A stretch of DNA of 59,253 nt from a virus (taxonomy: Duplodnaviria; Caudoviricetes). Under the pieces are notes generated by a model. The model ran no database searches. It was not told the origin of the DNA and saw nothing but the letters and a program-made list of their open reading frames with translations. Shown one piece after another: positions 8,106-18,433 of the stretch. Each line of letters begins with the position of its first letter. The first letter of the stretch is position 1. A program made the translations under genes and the position numbers. Location: positions 1 through 59,253 of the IMG/VR virus record IMGVR_UViG_3300025889_000131; one strand, 5' to 3'.

Positions 8106-9820
8106 TACGCCTCCATTTCACTAAAATTCTTTACTTTTGAAAATTTGATTACGTTCTTAAATTTGTCTTGTAAGACATCGCCTTTGTGAGAGATTACGAA
8201 TACGTTTGTGTTCTTTCCAATATCATACAGCAACTTCAGAAAATCATCACATCCAGCATTATCAAGAGATGCATCAAAGACTTCGTCGAGAATAAGAAGG
8301 TTTGTGTTAGTACTATTCTTCATCTTCGCAATTGCTCTCCATGTCAACAGAAGAGCAAGATCGATACGCATCTTTTCTCCTTCACTGAAGGAACTGTACT
8401 GAAAACTGTCACGGTGCCGGGATTTGATTGTTTCATTGAACTCTTCATCAATCTCAAATTCAACGAAGAAATCCATCGATGTAAGATACTTATTGATCAG
8501 CTTATTCATAACAGGAATATACTGTTTAATGATTTGTGCTTTGACTCCTCGGTCTTTCAGCATTTCACCACAAACAGTCAATACACTTTTCTCATCAAGT
8601 ATTTCTTGTTTACGAGAATTCTTATTGGAAAGATCTGTCTTTAATAAATCAATATTTGCTTTTTCTGCCTGAATGTCAACTGATTTTTCATTAAGTTTAT
8701 CCATATCACTACGGACTGTTTCAATGTATCTTTCAAGAGAATTCTTTTGACTTCTATATTCAGATACTTTTTCTCTCAGTTCTGAGATTTTAGAAGAGAT
8801 CGTGCGGAAACTTTCTAACTTCTCTTCTAAGGTAGTAATACGCATTTCTGCCTTATTAAGTGCAGTTTCAGTCTTTGCTCGTTTTTTGGATAGAGAATCA
8901 CTTATTTTTAGAATAAAATTTTCATCTATGTCCTGTTTGCAGGTAGGACATTCCGTATTTTCACCGTAAAATGAAATTTCTTTATCCACTTTTCTAATAA
9001 CAGTAGAAAACTTAGATCTATACTGTTCTATCTGTCTAAGCTGTTCACTGAACTTATCTTTTTTAACCAAGAGTGCATTCAGAGAATCTATTTGTTCCTC
9101 TTTCTTATCAATCTTTTCTTCAAGCTTCTCAATGGATTCTTTACTCTCTTTAATCTTCTGTTCATAATCTTCTTTGAGACCTTTCTGGTCACTTTTAAGA
9201 TTATCAACATACTTTCTCTGAATACGAATCTTTTCTTCAAGAATTTCTATTTCGTTTCTAATGCTGTTCAAATTTTCTTTGTTTGATGCAAGCTTTTCTT
9301 TAAGAAGAATGTTCATAACAGAGAACATCTGAATATCTAAGAGATCCTCGATAATTTCACGGCGGCGCCATTTTGTCAACTGCATAAACGGAACAAACGT
9401 AGATGATCCAAGAATGACAATCTGTGTAAATGAATTGAAGTTCAGCTTAAGAATATTGTTCTCAAGAAATTTCTGATAATCTCTTGTAGCTGCGTCTTGA
9501 TTTTGGATATTATCATTACAGTAAATTTCAAATACACCAGGTTTGATACCACGACGAATAAAGTACTTGTTGCTTCCAATGGAGAACCAAACTTCAACTA
9601 TCAAGTTTTTCTTATTCACTGAATTTACAAGTTGGGGTTTATTGATATTACGGAATGGCTTACCAAAAAGCACAAAACACAATGCATCGAGCATAGTAGA
9701 TTTACCAGCTCCATTGTCTCCAACAATTAGTGTATTTGCGTGTGATGCTAAATCAATTTCTGTCCAAGAATTCCCAGTAGACAGAAAATTCTTATAACGA
9801 ATCTTCTCAAAGAAAATCAA
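8105..9820 (-). CDS. gp46: Recombination nuclease ATPase subunit gp46 (Rad50-like)
   Basis: GDNGAGKS, CPTC zinc hook in coiled coil, FSEGEKMR signature, LDEVFD, ISH. Confidence 0.97.
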   Translation of the reverse strand: MIFFEKIRYKNFLSTGNSWTEIDLASHANTLIVGDNGAGKSTMLDALCFVLFGKPFRNINKPQLVNSVNKKNLIVEVWFSIGSNKYFIRRGIKPGVFEIYCNDNIQNQDAATRDYQKFLENNILKLNFNSFTQIVILGSSTFVPFMQLTKWRRREIIEDLLDIQMFSVMNILLKEKLASNKENLNSIRNEIEILEEKIRIQRKYVDNLKSDQKGLKEDYEQKIKESKESIEKLEEKIDKKEEQIDSLNALLVKKDKFSEQLRQIEQYRSKFSTVIRKVDKEISFYGENTECPTCKQDIDENFILKISDSLSKKRAKTETALNKAEMRITTLEEKLESFRTISSKISELREKVSEYRSQKNSLERYIETVRSDMDKLNEKSVDIQAEKANIDLLKTDLSNKNSRKQEILDEKSVLTVCGEMLKDRGVKAQIIKQYIPVMNKLINKYLTSMDFFVEFEIDEEFNETIKSRHRDSFQYSSFSEGEKMRIDLALLLTWRAIAKMKNSTNTNLLILDEVFDASLDNAGCDDFLKLLYDIGKNTNVFVISHKGDVLQDKFKNVIKFSKVKNFSEMEA

Positions 9821-9830
9821 TCAGTATCTC

Positions 9831-10907
9831 CTACTCAACTGCAGTATATTCTTGAGCTTTATGGTAAAACTCTTCCATCTTTCGAGCAACCTGTTTTTTG
9901 AAATCATCGTCAAAATCTTCTGCTTCGATATAATTATGAACGATCGTCATAGTATCTTGTGTTTCTTCGAGAATATCTTCTTCTGATTGTTCATATACGT
10001 TGTGATGATCGTCTGTGATAGAAATAGACTGAGGATTGAATGAATAAAGTTTGTCCAACATCTGATCAAACAGACTCGGTTTTGATTTGTTGCTTACGAC
10101 AACCTTCACATATGTATTTGCATATGAAGAAAAATCTCTCTTAAGAATCTTTTCTCTTGAATCTATACTATCATTGTAAATGATCTTATGAAATAACTTA
10201 TATGGATTCTGCACGAAAGTCAACTCTTTTGTGGAACTATCGAAGATATGAAATCCGCGCGGATCATTATAATCAGACCATGTCATCTCATATGGAGAAC
10301 CTAAGTATTGAATATTCCCCTTCTTTGAACGATGATGAAAATGACCAGAACAAACAAGCTCAAATTTATCGAATAGAGAAGGTTCTGTTCCATCATAGCA
10401 TGCGATAGCATTACGATACATTGCAAAACCTTGAATTTCAAGATGACCGAAACAAACAGTTGCATCTGTGTCTTCGATAGTAGTCATTGATTCTTCAAAG
10501 TTGTCTGCACAAATCCATGGAAGTAATAGTATCTTACAATCGTCAAACTCTACAGTTTGTGGTCCTTCGTATACATGAATATTTTTGTATTCTCTGAAAA
10601 GAAGATCCATAGTATTTATTTTGTTTGTATTTTTATAATATGTCGTATGATTGCCAGCAATACTATGAAGTTTGATATTTTTTTCCCTCAATTTATCAAA
10701 CCACATTCCTTTAGATTCGGATAATGTTTTAAAGTTAACAAACTTTCTTCTATCAAATGTATCACCCAAATCAATAACTGTATCTATGTTTTTCTTTTCT
10801 AAATATGGAAAGAAAACATTACTATAAAATTTATCATAGTATTCATACATCACACCACTATCGTTTCTACTTCCAAAATGCTGATCCGTAATAAGAGCAA
10901 TTTTCAT
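9831..10907 (-). CDS. gp47: Recombination nuclease subunit gp47 (Mre11-like)
   Basis: DQHFG, GDTFD, GNH, GHLE, SGHFH metallophosphoesterase motifs. Confidence 0.96.
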   Translation of the reverse strand: MKIALITDQHFGSRNDSGVMYEYYDKFYSNVFFPYLEKKNIDTVIDLGDTFDRRKFVNFKTLSESKGMWFDKLREKNIKLHSIAGNHTTYYKNTNKINTMDLLFREYKNIHVYEGPQTVEFDDCKILLLPWICADNFEESMTTIEDTDATVCFGHLEIQGFAMYRNAIACYDGTEPSLFDKFELVCSGHFHHRSKKGNIQYLGSPYEMTWSDYNDPRGFHIFDSSTKELTFVQNPYKLFHKIIYNDSIDSREKILKRDFSSYANTYVKVVVSNKSKPSLFDQMLDKLYSFNPQSISITDDHHNVYEQSEEDILEETQDTMTIVHNYIEAEDFDDDFKKQVARKMEEFYHKAQEYTAVE

Positions 10908-11284
10908 TATCGTCTAAGCCTATTGATTACTGCTGGTCCAACTTGAGTCCAATCGACATATGGTCTTTTACCATGAGCTACTTTAGAGAAATTCAGAGGA
11001 CAACCAAATGCAGCATCATCAATATAAATCTGTGCTTCTGCTTTTGGAGACTCTGACCAACGACTAATGCTCTGATTTACAGCATCAAATTCAATTCCAC
11101 GGTCAGAGCAATATTGAACAGCCTCAGCAAGTTCTTTTCCGTCTCTCATTGTCCAAAGAATAAGTTTGGCTCCCATTTCTCTGAATGCTGTCATGTACTC
11201 AATAGCATAAGAAACAGGGACACCAATATTTGGATATTCATGTTCAACTATAGTTCCGTCAAAGTCAATAGCAATTGTCAACAT
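10907..11284 (-). CDS. Small HAD-superfamily phosphatase
   Basis: IAIDFDGT, WT.R, K, YIDD. Confidence 0.85.
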   Translation of the reverse strand: MLTIAIDFDGTIVEHEYPNIGVPVSYAIEYMTAFREMGAKLILWTMRDGKELAEAVQYCSDRGIEFDAVNQSISRWSESPKAEAQIYIDDAAFGCPLNFSKVAHGKRPYVDWTQVGPAVINRLRR

Positions 11285-11472
11285 TCATCTATCTCCCATG
11301 CCCAGTTTACGACAACCCAGTCATCAATACAATTTTCTCGACTGATCAAATGATCTCTATTTACCTTTCTCACTTTATCACACCAATAGTCCCAATATTC
11401 AGATATGATATCATCTTCAGATTTTATTATCAAATCATCTTGACCATATTCATGATAAGCATAATATTTCAT
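11278..11472 (-). CDS. Hypothetical protein
   Basis: Overlaps both neighbours; Trp-rich 64 aa. Confidence 0.65.
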   Translation of the reverse strand: MKYYAYHEYGQDDLIIKSEDDIISEYWDYWCDKVRKVNRDHLISRENCIDDWVVVNWAWEIDEC

Positions 11473-12005
11473 TACAGACCTTTCTTTTTCTCGTAATCCT
11501 TTACGAATTGATTGATACCTTCGTCACTAAATTCTTTATACACAACCTGTGTACCAATATGGTCAAAAGCATCTGAACCCCATGTAAGTTTATCTGTTTC
11601 TTGTTTTGTAGAAGCTGCCATTTGTGAGTTTACATGGTCCGTGATTTTATGCTTGTTATAAGAGTACTTCTGTTCCTTTGCAATTTTTCTCCAAAAGGCC
11701 CATTTAGTAATTTGTGTGAAATATGAAAATGGACTCTTCGATTTTTGAGGATCAAAATTGTGAAAGTATCTAACACAATTCTCAATAGCATCAGACACCA
11801 TATCCTCTCGGAATGGATAGTTTCTATACTTGAGATCATATGAAAGTCTTTCTGCAATCTTATAAAGACACTCTCCAAGATAATGAGTAAGCGGAGGAGT
11901 TTCTTGTTTGTTTCTCTCTGCTTTATGAACGTCTTTATAATATTCTACGATTGCAGTATAAAATTCTTCATTGTCTACATAGTGTTCAGGATTTTGTTTA
12001 CTCAT
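11472..12005 (-). CDS. gp55: Late sigma factor gp55
   Basis: HYVDNEEF, KIAERLS, NY.FREDMVSDAIENC, PFSYFTQI..AF.R.I.KE.K. Confidence 0.95.
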   Translation of the reverse strand: MSKQNPEHYVDNEEFYTAIVEYYKDVHKAERNKQETPPLTHYLGECLYKIAERLSYDLKYRNYPFREDMVSDAIENCVRYFHNFDPQKSKSPFSYFTQITKWAFWRKIAKEQKYSYNKHKITDHVNSQMAASTKQETDKLTWGSDAFDHIGTQVVYKEFSDEGINQFVKDYEKKKGL

Positions 12006-12442
12006 TAGTTCAATTTGATAGAGTTATTTGATACAAGTGTCATCATAGCTTCAAAAATTTCTCTATTCTTTCCTTTCAATTCAGATAGTGCTTCACTTTC
12101 ATTGTCTTCATCAAAGTCATCTTCATGCTCATATTCACTTGTTCTATTAGTATACATCGAATATGTAGATTTAGCATATCCGTCTTGAATAGTAATATTA
12201 GGAGATTCTAACAGGACAACATGCTTCCTGTCAACTAAAAATGTCTCGGAATCAGAAAATGGCATCCACAAAGCAAGTCCATGCGCAACTATCATTCCAT
12301 TATTGAGAAATCGAATCTCTATTGGTCGATAAAGTTCTATCTTATCTGGGTCTTGCTGATCAACATAACTGATCAAAAGATCTCCTGATGTCAGTTTTAC
12401 TAACAAAATTTCATAGTCTTTATTCATAGGTTCATCAATCAT
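12005..12442 (-). CDS. Conserved hypothetical protein (Sm-like, KLxSGD motif) between uvsW and gp55
   Basis: LVKLTSGDLLIS...WMPFSD; GGAG RBS precedes the ATG at 12442. Confidence 0.65.
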   Translation of the reverse strand: MIDEPMNKDYEILLVKLTSGDLLISYVDQQDPDKIELYRPIEIRFLNNGMIVAHGLALWMPFSDSETFLVDRKHVVLLESPNITIQDGYAKSTYSMYTNRTSEYEHEDDFDEDNESEALSELKGKNREIFEAMMTLVSNNSIKLN

Positions 12443-12507
12443 ATCTAACTCCGTTGTGAGAAATAAAATAAGAGAAAGTGCGAAAAGTAAAGGAAGCCAG
12501 AATTTAA

Positions 12508-13989
12508 TCATCTGATTGTCTTTACTTTATAGTCGAACTCCTCTTCAATGTAATACTGTACTCGCTTGAAAAAATGTTTTAGTGTGTAATTTGCACGGCC
12601 ATTCCATTTAAGATCGTCTACAATATCGAATATCTTTGCCATTGATTTTCCTTCCGCTAGTCGTAAGGCTCTGCCAATACTTTGAAGATTTCTAACACGA
12701 GACTTACTAGGACTACACAGGACCACATTGTGTAAATTACGAATGTTAACACCAGTAGAAAATACACCAACAGAAGCGACAATAATACAATCATCGTTGC
12801 TTTCACATAGTTTACGAACACGCTCCCTATCCTCTGAAGCAACTCTACCGGATACAAAAAATACTTTCCTGGCATCTCCTGCTCTTTCTCGTATCATGTC
12901 GAATAAAGGCTCGCCATGTTTTTCGACAAACTGAAATAGAAGAAGGGTATTGCCTTTGCACATCATTGAAAGATTTGTCAGCATTTGATTTCGTTTTGAA
13001 TTTGTGACAATCCAGTCGATCTCGTCATGATACTTCATTTTTGAAACGAGACGGCAGTCTTTTGGTGGATACTGCAATACTGTACAGAAAATCTTTAGAT
13101 TGGAAATATGCTCGGATTCGATAAGTTCTTTTGTTTTGACAAACTGCTTTACTTTTCCAAACAGTCCTTCCACAGATAGTTTGTGTGCACCTTCCGAATT
13201 ATCTTTAAGTGTTCCAGTAAATCCAAATCTTGCCGGGCATTTTTTAAGTCGTTCGAGAATTTTCTTGAGCGACTTGGCATCGTATAAATGGCATTCATCT
13301 CCTATAACACATCTATATTTATCAAAGTACTTCTTTGGTAGTTTTACGAGTGACTGCCATGTGGAAATAGTAATTGGACAATCAGATCTTGGATCAATTC
13401 CAGCCTGTACACAATGAATATTTTCTGACGGCATTCCATAATCAACGAAATCATCACGCATCTGATTCACAAGAGAAATTGTCGGTACAATAACAAGTAC
13501 TGGTTTCGACATATAAAATTTGGCTAATCCATAAATGATAAGTGATTTACCACTTGCTGTAGGACTTAGAATTGTAGCTCTTTGTTCGTTTATGCAATAA
13601 TGAAAGCTGTCAACTTGATAATCTCTGGGTTCGTACTTAGATATTCTTCTAAAATACTTCTCTGCGTCAGACCTAGATATTGCAGGATGGTCTGTACTTT
13701 TGTATTCAACATCGTATCCTCTTTGTTTTGCAAACACTTTGATATGAGGAAGTAATCCTTTATAGATTTTTCCTGTCTTTGTACTAAACAGACGAATCTT
13801 ACCGTCCCAAACTTTGTTTCTAAATCGTTTGTCCCATTTCTTATTTGGAGACTCGAAAGAAAAGAAGTCCGAAATCTCTTGTGTAATTCCGTTCTGAGCT
13901 TCTACTTTAATATGGACATGGTCTATATCAGTAATTTTTAGCATATTGTCTGGCACATCACTTTCACATACAGCGAAAAATGGATTCAT
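12508..13989 (-). CDS. uvsW: DNA helicase UvsW
   Basis: PRDYQ, SPTASGKS, DECH, GFTGT, QSIGR.LR. Confidence 0.96.
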   Translation of the reverse strand: MNPFFAVCESDVPDNMLKITDIDHVHIKVEAQNGITQEISDFFSFESPNKKWDKRFRNKVWDGKIRLFSTKTGKIYKGLLPHIKVFAKQRGYDVEYKSTDHPAISRSDAEKYFRRISKYEPRDYQVDSFHYCINEQRATILSPTASGKSLIIYGLAKFYMSKPVLVIVPTISLVNQMRDDFVDYGMPSENIHCVQAGIDPRSDCPITISTWQSLVKLPKKYFDKYRCVIGDECHLYDAKSLKKILERLKKCPARFGFTGTLKDNSEGAHKLSVEGLFGKVKQFVKTKELIESEHISNLKIFCTVLQYPPKDCRLVSKMKYHDEIDWIVTNSKRNQMLTNLSMMCKGNTLLLFQFVEKHGEPLFDMIRERAGDARKVFFVSGRVASEDRERVRKLCESNDDCIIVASVGVFSTGVNIRNLHNVVLCSPSKSRVRNLQSIGRALRLAEGKSMAKIFDIVDDLKWNGRANYTLKHFFKRVQYYIEEEFDYKVKTIR

Positions 13990-14429
13990 TACCCTCCGAA
14001 GTTAGTCATCTTATGCCATTCGATTGCGGCTTTAATTTGAAAGCCTCTATTATTTATTGCTTTTAGAATATATTCTAATGTGTGTACTTTTTCCTCAGCA
14101 AGACCAATTCTTGTTGTGAGTGCAATCATGTCATCATCAGCATCTATATAAGAATTAAGATCTCCTTTAAGCACAACTTTCTTAAATGGTTCTCTATTAA
14201 TCTCCGCAAGATCTTCTGGATTGTTCAGATCACCAGAATAATAATCACGCAAAAGAGCAGTCAACTTCTTTTTCTCAGCCCGTAGCTTAAGAAGTCGAAT
14301 TCTTTCGTCTCCGTAATACTTTAGATATTTTCCATGAAGATACGGAATGTTTAGACTTTCATCTCCAAGTTCAGTATCATTCACTTTGCAGTCGGCTTGC
14401 CACTGCTCAATAATTGTTTCATACTTCAT
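13989..14429 (-). CDS. uvsY: Recombination mediator UvsY
   Basis: ESLNIPYLHGKY, YY.G, RGFQIKAAIEW.K; synteny gp3-uvsY-uvsW. Confidence 0.92.
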   Translation of the reverse strand: MKYETIIEQWQADCKVNDTELGDESLNIPYLHGKYLKYYGDERIRLLKLRAEKKKLTALLRDYYSGDLNNPEDLAEINREPFKKVVLKGDLNSYIDADDDMIALTTRIGLAEEKVHTLEYILKAINNRGFQIKAAIEWHKMTNFGG

Positions 14430-14435
14430 AAATGA

Positions 14436-14978
14436 TTATAATGTCTCCAATGTAAATTTACGATAACGAAAAGACGCCGTTGCTTCGAGATATTCAATGT
14501 CTGGATTTCTTGTATCAAAATCAAGAGAGTTGAGAGAAACAGGAAACATATCCTGAAATTGAATGCGAATATTTGCATTCTGATGACTTGTATAAATCAG
14601 TAAAGATGCATCCGAATAGTATTGTTTTTCGTTTGGTTTGCTTGTTTGAATAGAAGAATTTGATGTTGCAGGAAATGTTTTGTATTGTTCATAATTATCA
14701 GGAAACGTTATTCCAATCAACCAATTATAGATCTCATTGTAGTTTTGCATATCTTCATCAACAGCAAAACGAATATCCAAAGGCTCAAAACTGATCTTCG
14801 TTGGTGTATGAGGCAGACGATTAAATGGATTGTCTGATAATACTTCTTGAGAAACCATGCTCGGCAAAGAAGCACCTTGACAGAAATAGGTCAATAATGG
14901 TGCTCTCTTTAGAGTAAAAATAAAACTGAGAGGACTGAGAAAATTTTTATTCTCAGGTACGCCTGGAATTTGTGCCAT
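14436..14978 (-). CDS. gp3: Tail tube terminator / tail completion gp3
   Basis: NFLSPLSF, F.VDEDM.NY.EI.NW, SDASL.I, FP.SL, F.Y; preceded by a late promoter. Confidence 0.9.
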   Translation of the reverse strand: MAQIPGVPENKNFLSPLSFIFTLKRAPLLTYFCQGASLPSMVSQEVLSDNPFNRLPHTPTKISFEPLDIRFAVDEDMQNYNEIYNWLIGITFPDNYEQYKTFPATSNSSIQTSKPNEKQYYSDASLLIYTSHQNANIRIQFQDMFPVSLNSLDFDTRNPDIEYLEATASFRYRKFTLETL

Positions 14979-14988
14979 AGATTCTCCT

Positions 14989-15642
14989 TTATCTATTTAT
15001 ACACTCTTCATTCCAAACTTTCTGTAGTGTCACATACGGAACAAAAATGGTGTACTCTTCGTTCAGTAGATTGAAGTATCTTTGAATAGGATAAATGTCT
15101 TTTGGAACTCCCATAATGATTCCAAGGATTGCATTGTCAACCAGAGATACCACAGCACCGCCAGACATTCCTTCTAAAACGCGTCCAGTTCCAATCCAGA
15201 AATCGGATCTTTTTTCACCCTTCCATGATAAATTTATTGACTCAAGAGTAAATCCACGTGATCTGATATTTACTTCCATCTCAGTTCCAAAATCTAAAAT
15301 AGAATCTTCATGAGGAATGAATACCGTCATTTTAGCACGATATTCCACAGGTTCATCTTTATTTGGATCTCTCCACAGAACAGAATTTATATTTTCATCT
15401 CTAACAAATTTAACATCAAGAATTTCATTGGAACAGATTTCTTGTGAAAGAGTTTTATTAATATGTGCACTTGTAGCAACAATATTATCGTCCCAAGGAG
15501 TAGCATTTTGTTCATACATCCGTACTTTAATGAGAGACGTCATAATATCTCTCATTGAGTCACCTTCTACAACCTCATTTGAATATACAGTTGAAGAGAA
15601 AAACAGTAATACCAAAACAGTATTCAGCAAAAACCTAATCAT
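14989..15642 (-). CDS. Exported trypsin-like serine protease
   Basis: Hydrophobic N-terminal signal; ATSAH (catalytic His) and GMSGG (catalytic Ser) motifs. Confidence 0.7.
   Translation of the reverse strand: MIRFLLNTVLVLLFFSSTVYSNEVVEGDSMRDIMTSLIKVRMYEQNATPWDDNIVATSAHINKTLSQEICSNEILDVKFVRDENINSVLWRDPNKDEPVEYRAKMTVFIPHEDSILDFGTEMEVNIRSRGFTLESINLSWKGEKRSDFWIGTGRVLEGMSGGAVVSLVDNAILGIIMGVPKDIYPIQRYFNLLNEEYTIFVPYVTLQKVWNEECINR
14994..15001 (-). promoter_or_regulatory. T4-type late promoter TATAAATA upstream of gp3
   Basis: Exact match on the minus strand. Confidence 0.8.
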
Positions 15643-15682
15643 ATCTAAGTCCTATTTACAGTTCAACGAAGGTACAAGCTAG

Positions 15683-15711
15683 ACTATAAACCAAAAAAAC
15701 ACTTTCGTCAA
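15683..15711 (-). promoter_or_regulatory. Sigma70-type promoter TTGACG-N17-TATAGT driving the protease gene
   Basis: -35 at 15706-15711, -10 at 15683-15688, 17-nt spacer. Confidence 0.7.
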
Positions 15712-15722
15712 TCCAAAAACAG

Positions 15723-15752
15723 AAAAAAAAGAGGAGGACCGAAGCCCTCCTC
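15723..15752 (-). terminator. Rho-independent terminator after gp23
   Basis: GAGGAGGGC-TTCG-GTCCTCCTC followed by T8 on the minus strand (cUUCGg tetraloop typical of T4-like phages). Confidence 0.92.
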
Positions 15753-15775
15753 AGTTTGTTTATATATGCCTGATT

Positions 15776-17146
15776 TTACATCAGGTTCTTAACAGTAACA
15801 ATACGGTAGTAAATGTTGCTGTTTGCAGCGCTAACTACACCGTTTGCAGCAGTTGTTGCGAACGGATTGGCAACCAGACCATAACGAGTCTTGAAGCCAA
15901 TTTTCGGCTGAAACGTCTGTTCCCCGATAGCGCGAGCCATCTGCAGAGGCACGTATGGGCAGTAGAACAGACCAGCGTCGTAAGGTGAAGAACCTTTGTA
16001 GCCGATCGTGTAGTACTCGTTACCTGAAGCAGACGCGAAGTAAGGATCAATATAAACCTTGATCTTACCGAACAGAACGCCGGCAAACGTGTTGCCTGTG
16101 TCGTCTGTTTGCAGGTTGCTTGACAGAGCAGGGCTGTAGTCCAGAAGACCAGCAGCGTTCAACGCAGTAGCTACGTCGGAACCACAGATCAGGACGTTAC
16201 CCTTACCGCGACGAGTCGACTTAGAGATCTGGTTGGCATCGCGGTCGATCTGAACCATCAGGCCCTTAAATCGTTCCACAGACCAACGTCCGTTAGAGTC
16301 AACGTCGAGGTCAAAAGTACCAGCATTCTGAGTGTTCAGCTGAGCACCCGCAGTAGCAGTACCGTTGATTGCGCGAATAACTTCACGGTTGATTTCCGCC
16401 AGAATTTCAGCAGAAAGAATGTTGCTGAGTTCTGTTTCCGCGTCCAGTCCGTGAACCGCTTTCAGATCCTGTGCAAGTTCGGTTGAGTATTCAGCCTTCA
16501 GTGCACGAGTTTCAGCAGTTACGGTAACCTTCTCGATTGAGAACGCCATTTCCTGGAAGTAGTTGTCAGCTGCATCGCCGAGAGATTCAGCAATGGCAGT
16601 TGTCATACCACCTGGGAAGCCGTAGTTAGCTCCTGTCGGATCAGAACCGTAAGTTGTCGACAGCTGCGAGTTAGCTGTGACGTAAGCTGTGTTACCAGCC
16701 ATGATAGCAGAGAAGCCAACGTTCGCTTCGTTGTAAAGCGCTTCTTTACCAGACTGGTTAGTATAACGCGGACGGATAGCAAAGATCAAGCCCGTCGGAC
16801 CTGACATTGGCTGAACGCCGGCAACGTCATACGAAATTAGGTTCGGCATAGAACGACGAACCAGTGAGATAAGTACCGGGTCAAAAATATCGACGGCACC
16901 ATCGCCAGCAGTCGAGCTGGATGCACCCATTGAGTTGTTTGGCGCAGCTTCCGACAGAAGCCCCGTACCAGACGCAAGAGCACGTTCCGTACGTGAGAAC
17001 TTTTCCTGGTTTTCTAGCATTTGAGCAACAATGTTCTTTTTGTACGTTCCCTTGATCGGCTCAAGGTCTTCGTGCTCAAGGACAGGCTGCCACTTTTTTA
17101 CCAGATGATCAGCAAAGCTCTCATTGAAAAATTCTGGATTCAACAT
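15776..17146 (-). CDS. gp23: Major capsid protein gp23
   Basis: KW.P.LE, ENQ, LSE|A cleavage site, DPVLISLVRR, GVQPM.GPTGLIFA, R.LKAEY, FYCPYVPL, FQPKIGFKTRYG. Confidence 0.99.
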   Translation of the reverse strand: MLNPEFFNESFADHLVKKWQPVLEHEDLEPIKGTYKKNIVAQMLENQEKFSRTERALASGTGLLSEAAPNNSMGASSSTAGDGAVDIFDPVLISLVRRSMPNLISYDVAGVQPMSGPTGLIFAIRPRYTNQSGKEALYNEANVGFSAIMAGNTAYVTANSQLSTTYGSDPTGANYGFPGGMTTAIAESLGDAADNYFQEMAFSIEKVTVTAETRALKAEYSTELAQDLKAVHGLDAETELSNILSAEILAEINREVIRAINGTATAGAQLNTQNAGTFDLDVDSNGRWSVERFKGLMVQIDRDANQISKSTRRGKGNVLICGSDVATALNAAGLLDYSPALSSNLQTDDTGNTFAGVLFGKIKVYIDPYFASASGNEYYTIGYKGSSPYDAGLFYCPYVPLQMARAIGEQTFQPKIGFKTRYGLVANPFATTAANGVVSAANSNIYYRIVTVKNLM

Positions 17147-17166
17147 AACTTTATAACTCCTTATTC

Positions 17167-18363
17167 TTATTCTTTACGAGCTGAGCGGCCAATTGCATTG
17201 ACGTATGCACTCATTGCGCCCGTTGGTGTTGTTACTTCTTCTTCAATCGGTCCTTCATAATCCAGTTCTTCGTTGAGTGAACCGATTTCACTATCTGAAT
17301 TATCAAAATAACTTTCTTTGATAGTTTCAAGTTTTTCTCGGTAGCTGTCTGAATCTTCAAATGCTACAGCTTCTGCGAGATCTTTAAATTTAGCAGCATC
17401 CGTATCAGTCAAATCTTCTGACAGTTCTTCAAAAATGTCTTCTTTTTCTCCATCCTTTACTTGTTTGCGAGCTTCAACAAGCTTGTTGTGTGTTTCATCA
17501 AGTTGAGCCTGAAGATCTTCAGTGTGTGCAACAAGTTCTTCCACAATGTCGACTTTATCTTCAGGAATTTCAACGTAATGCTCGACAAACAGATTCTTTA
17601 GACCACCAAGGAAGTTTTCAACCATTTCCTGGCGAATACCTCTTTCAATGGCGACCTTATTTTCTTCAACGTATTCAGCAGCAATATACTCGAGATATTC
17701 GTCGAGCTTTTCTGCCAGGTCATTGTAGATTTCTTCTTTTGCTTCAGCAAGTTCTGCTTCTTGTTCAGCAGCAATGTTTTCAAGAATTTGATTGACCTTG
17801 GAAACAACAGCTGCTTCAAAGATTGTAGTTGCTTTGTCTTTAAATTCTTCCGTTAGGTCTGATTCGTTTTTGAAGATAGCATTCAGATCTTCTTCAAGAT
17901 TAATATCTTCGGCCGAAACTGAGCGAACGGTATATTTTTCTTCGTTGATTTCTTTACCATCTTCTTCAGTATATTCTTTCTGAAGAGCGGCAAGCAAACT
18001 ATCAAAAGAAGAAACAAGAGAGCTACGATCCATGCTCTGCATCTTTTCGACCATGGCATTGATAACGCCAACCTTTGTCTTAACTTTTTGAGGAGCTTTA
18101 TCTCCATTGCGCTTATCACCACGACGTGGCTTTGTTTGACCTTTAACTGGATCAGGAGCCATTGAAGGATCACCCATAGAAGCGTCAACTTCGTCTAGGT
18201 CATCATCTTCTTCGTCCTCATCATCGTCGTCATCAGATGAATGAGCCTTGTCGTCTTCTTCATCGTCATATTCCTCAGTCTTTTTGCCTTCCTCGAGTTC
18301 TTCTTCATCGAGGAATTCGTCTTCCATTTCTAATTCTTCTTCGTTAAGACGATCTGTTGACAT
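17167..18363 (-). CDS. gp22: Prohead core scaffold gp22
   Basis: Very acidic; LTEEFK.KA.TIFEAAV, YLEY..EY..EN, F...V.IPE.KVD, M.AY. Confidence 0.93.
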   Translation of the reverse strand: MSTDRLNEEELEMEDEFLDEEELEEGKKTEEYDDEEDDKAHSSDDDDDEDEEDDDLDEVDASMGDPSMAPDPVKGQTKPRRGDKRNGDKAPQKVKTKVGVINAMVEKMQSMDRSSLVSSFDSLLAALQKEYTEEDGKEINEEKYTVRSVSAEDINLEEDLNAIFKNESDLTEEFKDKATTIFEAAVVSKVNQILENIAAEQEAELAEAKEEIYNDLAEKLDEYLEYIAAEYVEENKVAIERGIRQEMVENFLGGLKNLFVEHYVEIPEDKVDIVEELVAHTEDLQAQLDETHNKLVEARKQVKDGEKEDIFEELSEDLTDTDAAKFKDLAEAVAFEDSDSYREKLETIKESYFDNSDSEIGSLNEELDYEGPIEEEVTTPTGAMSAYVNAIGRSARKE

Positions 18364-18399
18364 CTTGAATCTCCTTGTTTATAAAGATTATCTTCATAT

Positions 18400-18407
18400 T
18401 ATTTATA
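18400..18407 (-). promoter_or_regulatory. Late promoter TATAAATA upstream of gp22
   Basis: Exact match, intergenic. Confidence 0.88.
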
Positions 18408-18433
18408 AATTTCATTTCTCTAAGAACTATTTC

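Noticed and set aside
12443-12511. Apparent signal/TM peptide (MIKFWLPLLFALSLILF) on the Sm-like protein
   Set aside because: A GGAG RBS precedes the ATG at 12442, so the extension is probably not translated; not fully excluded
15776-17146. Higher GC in gp23 suggesting foreign origin
   Set aside because: Better explained by codon optimisation of the most highly expressed gene; synteny is intact
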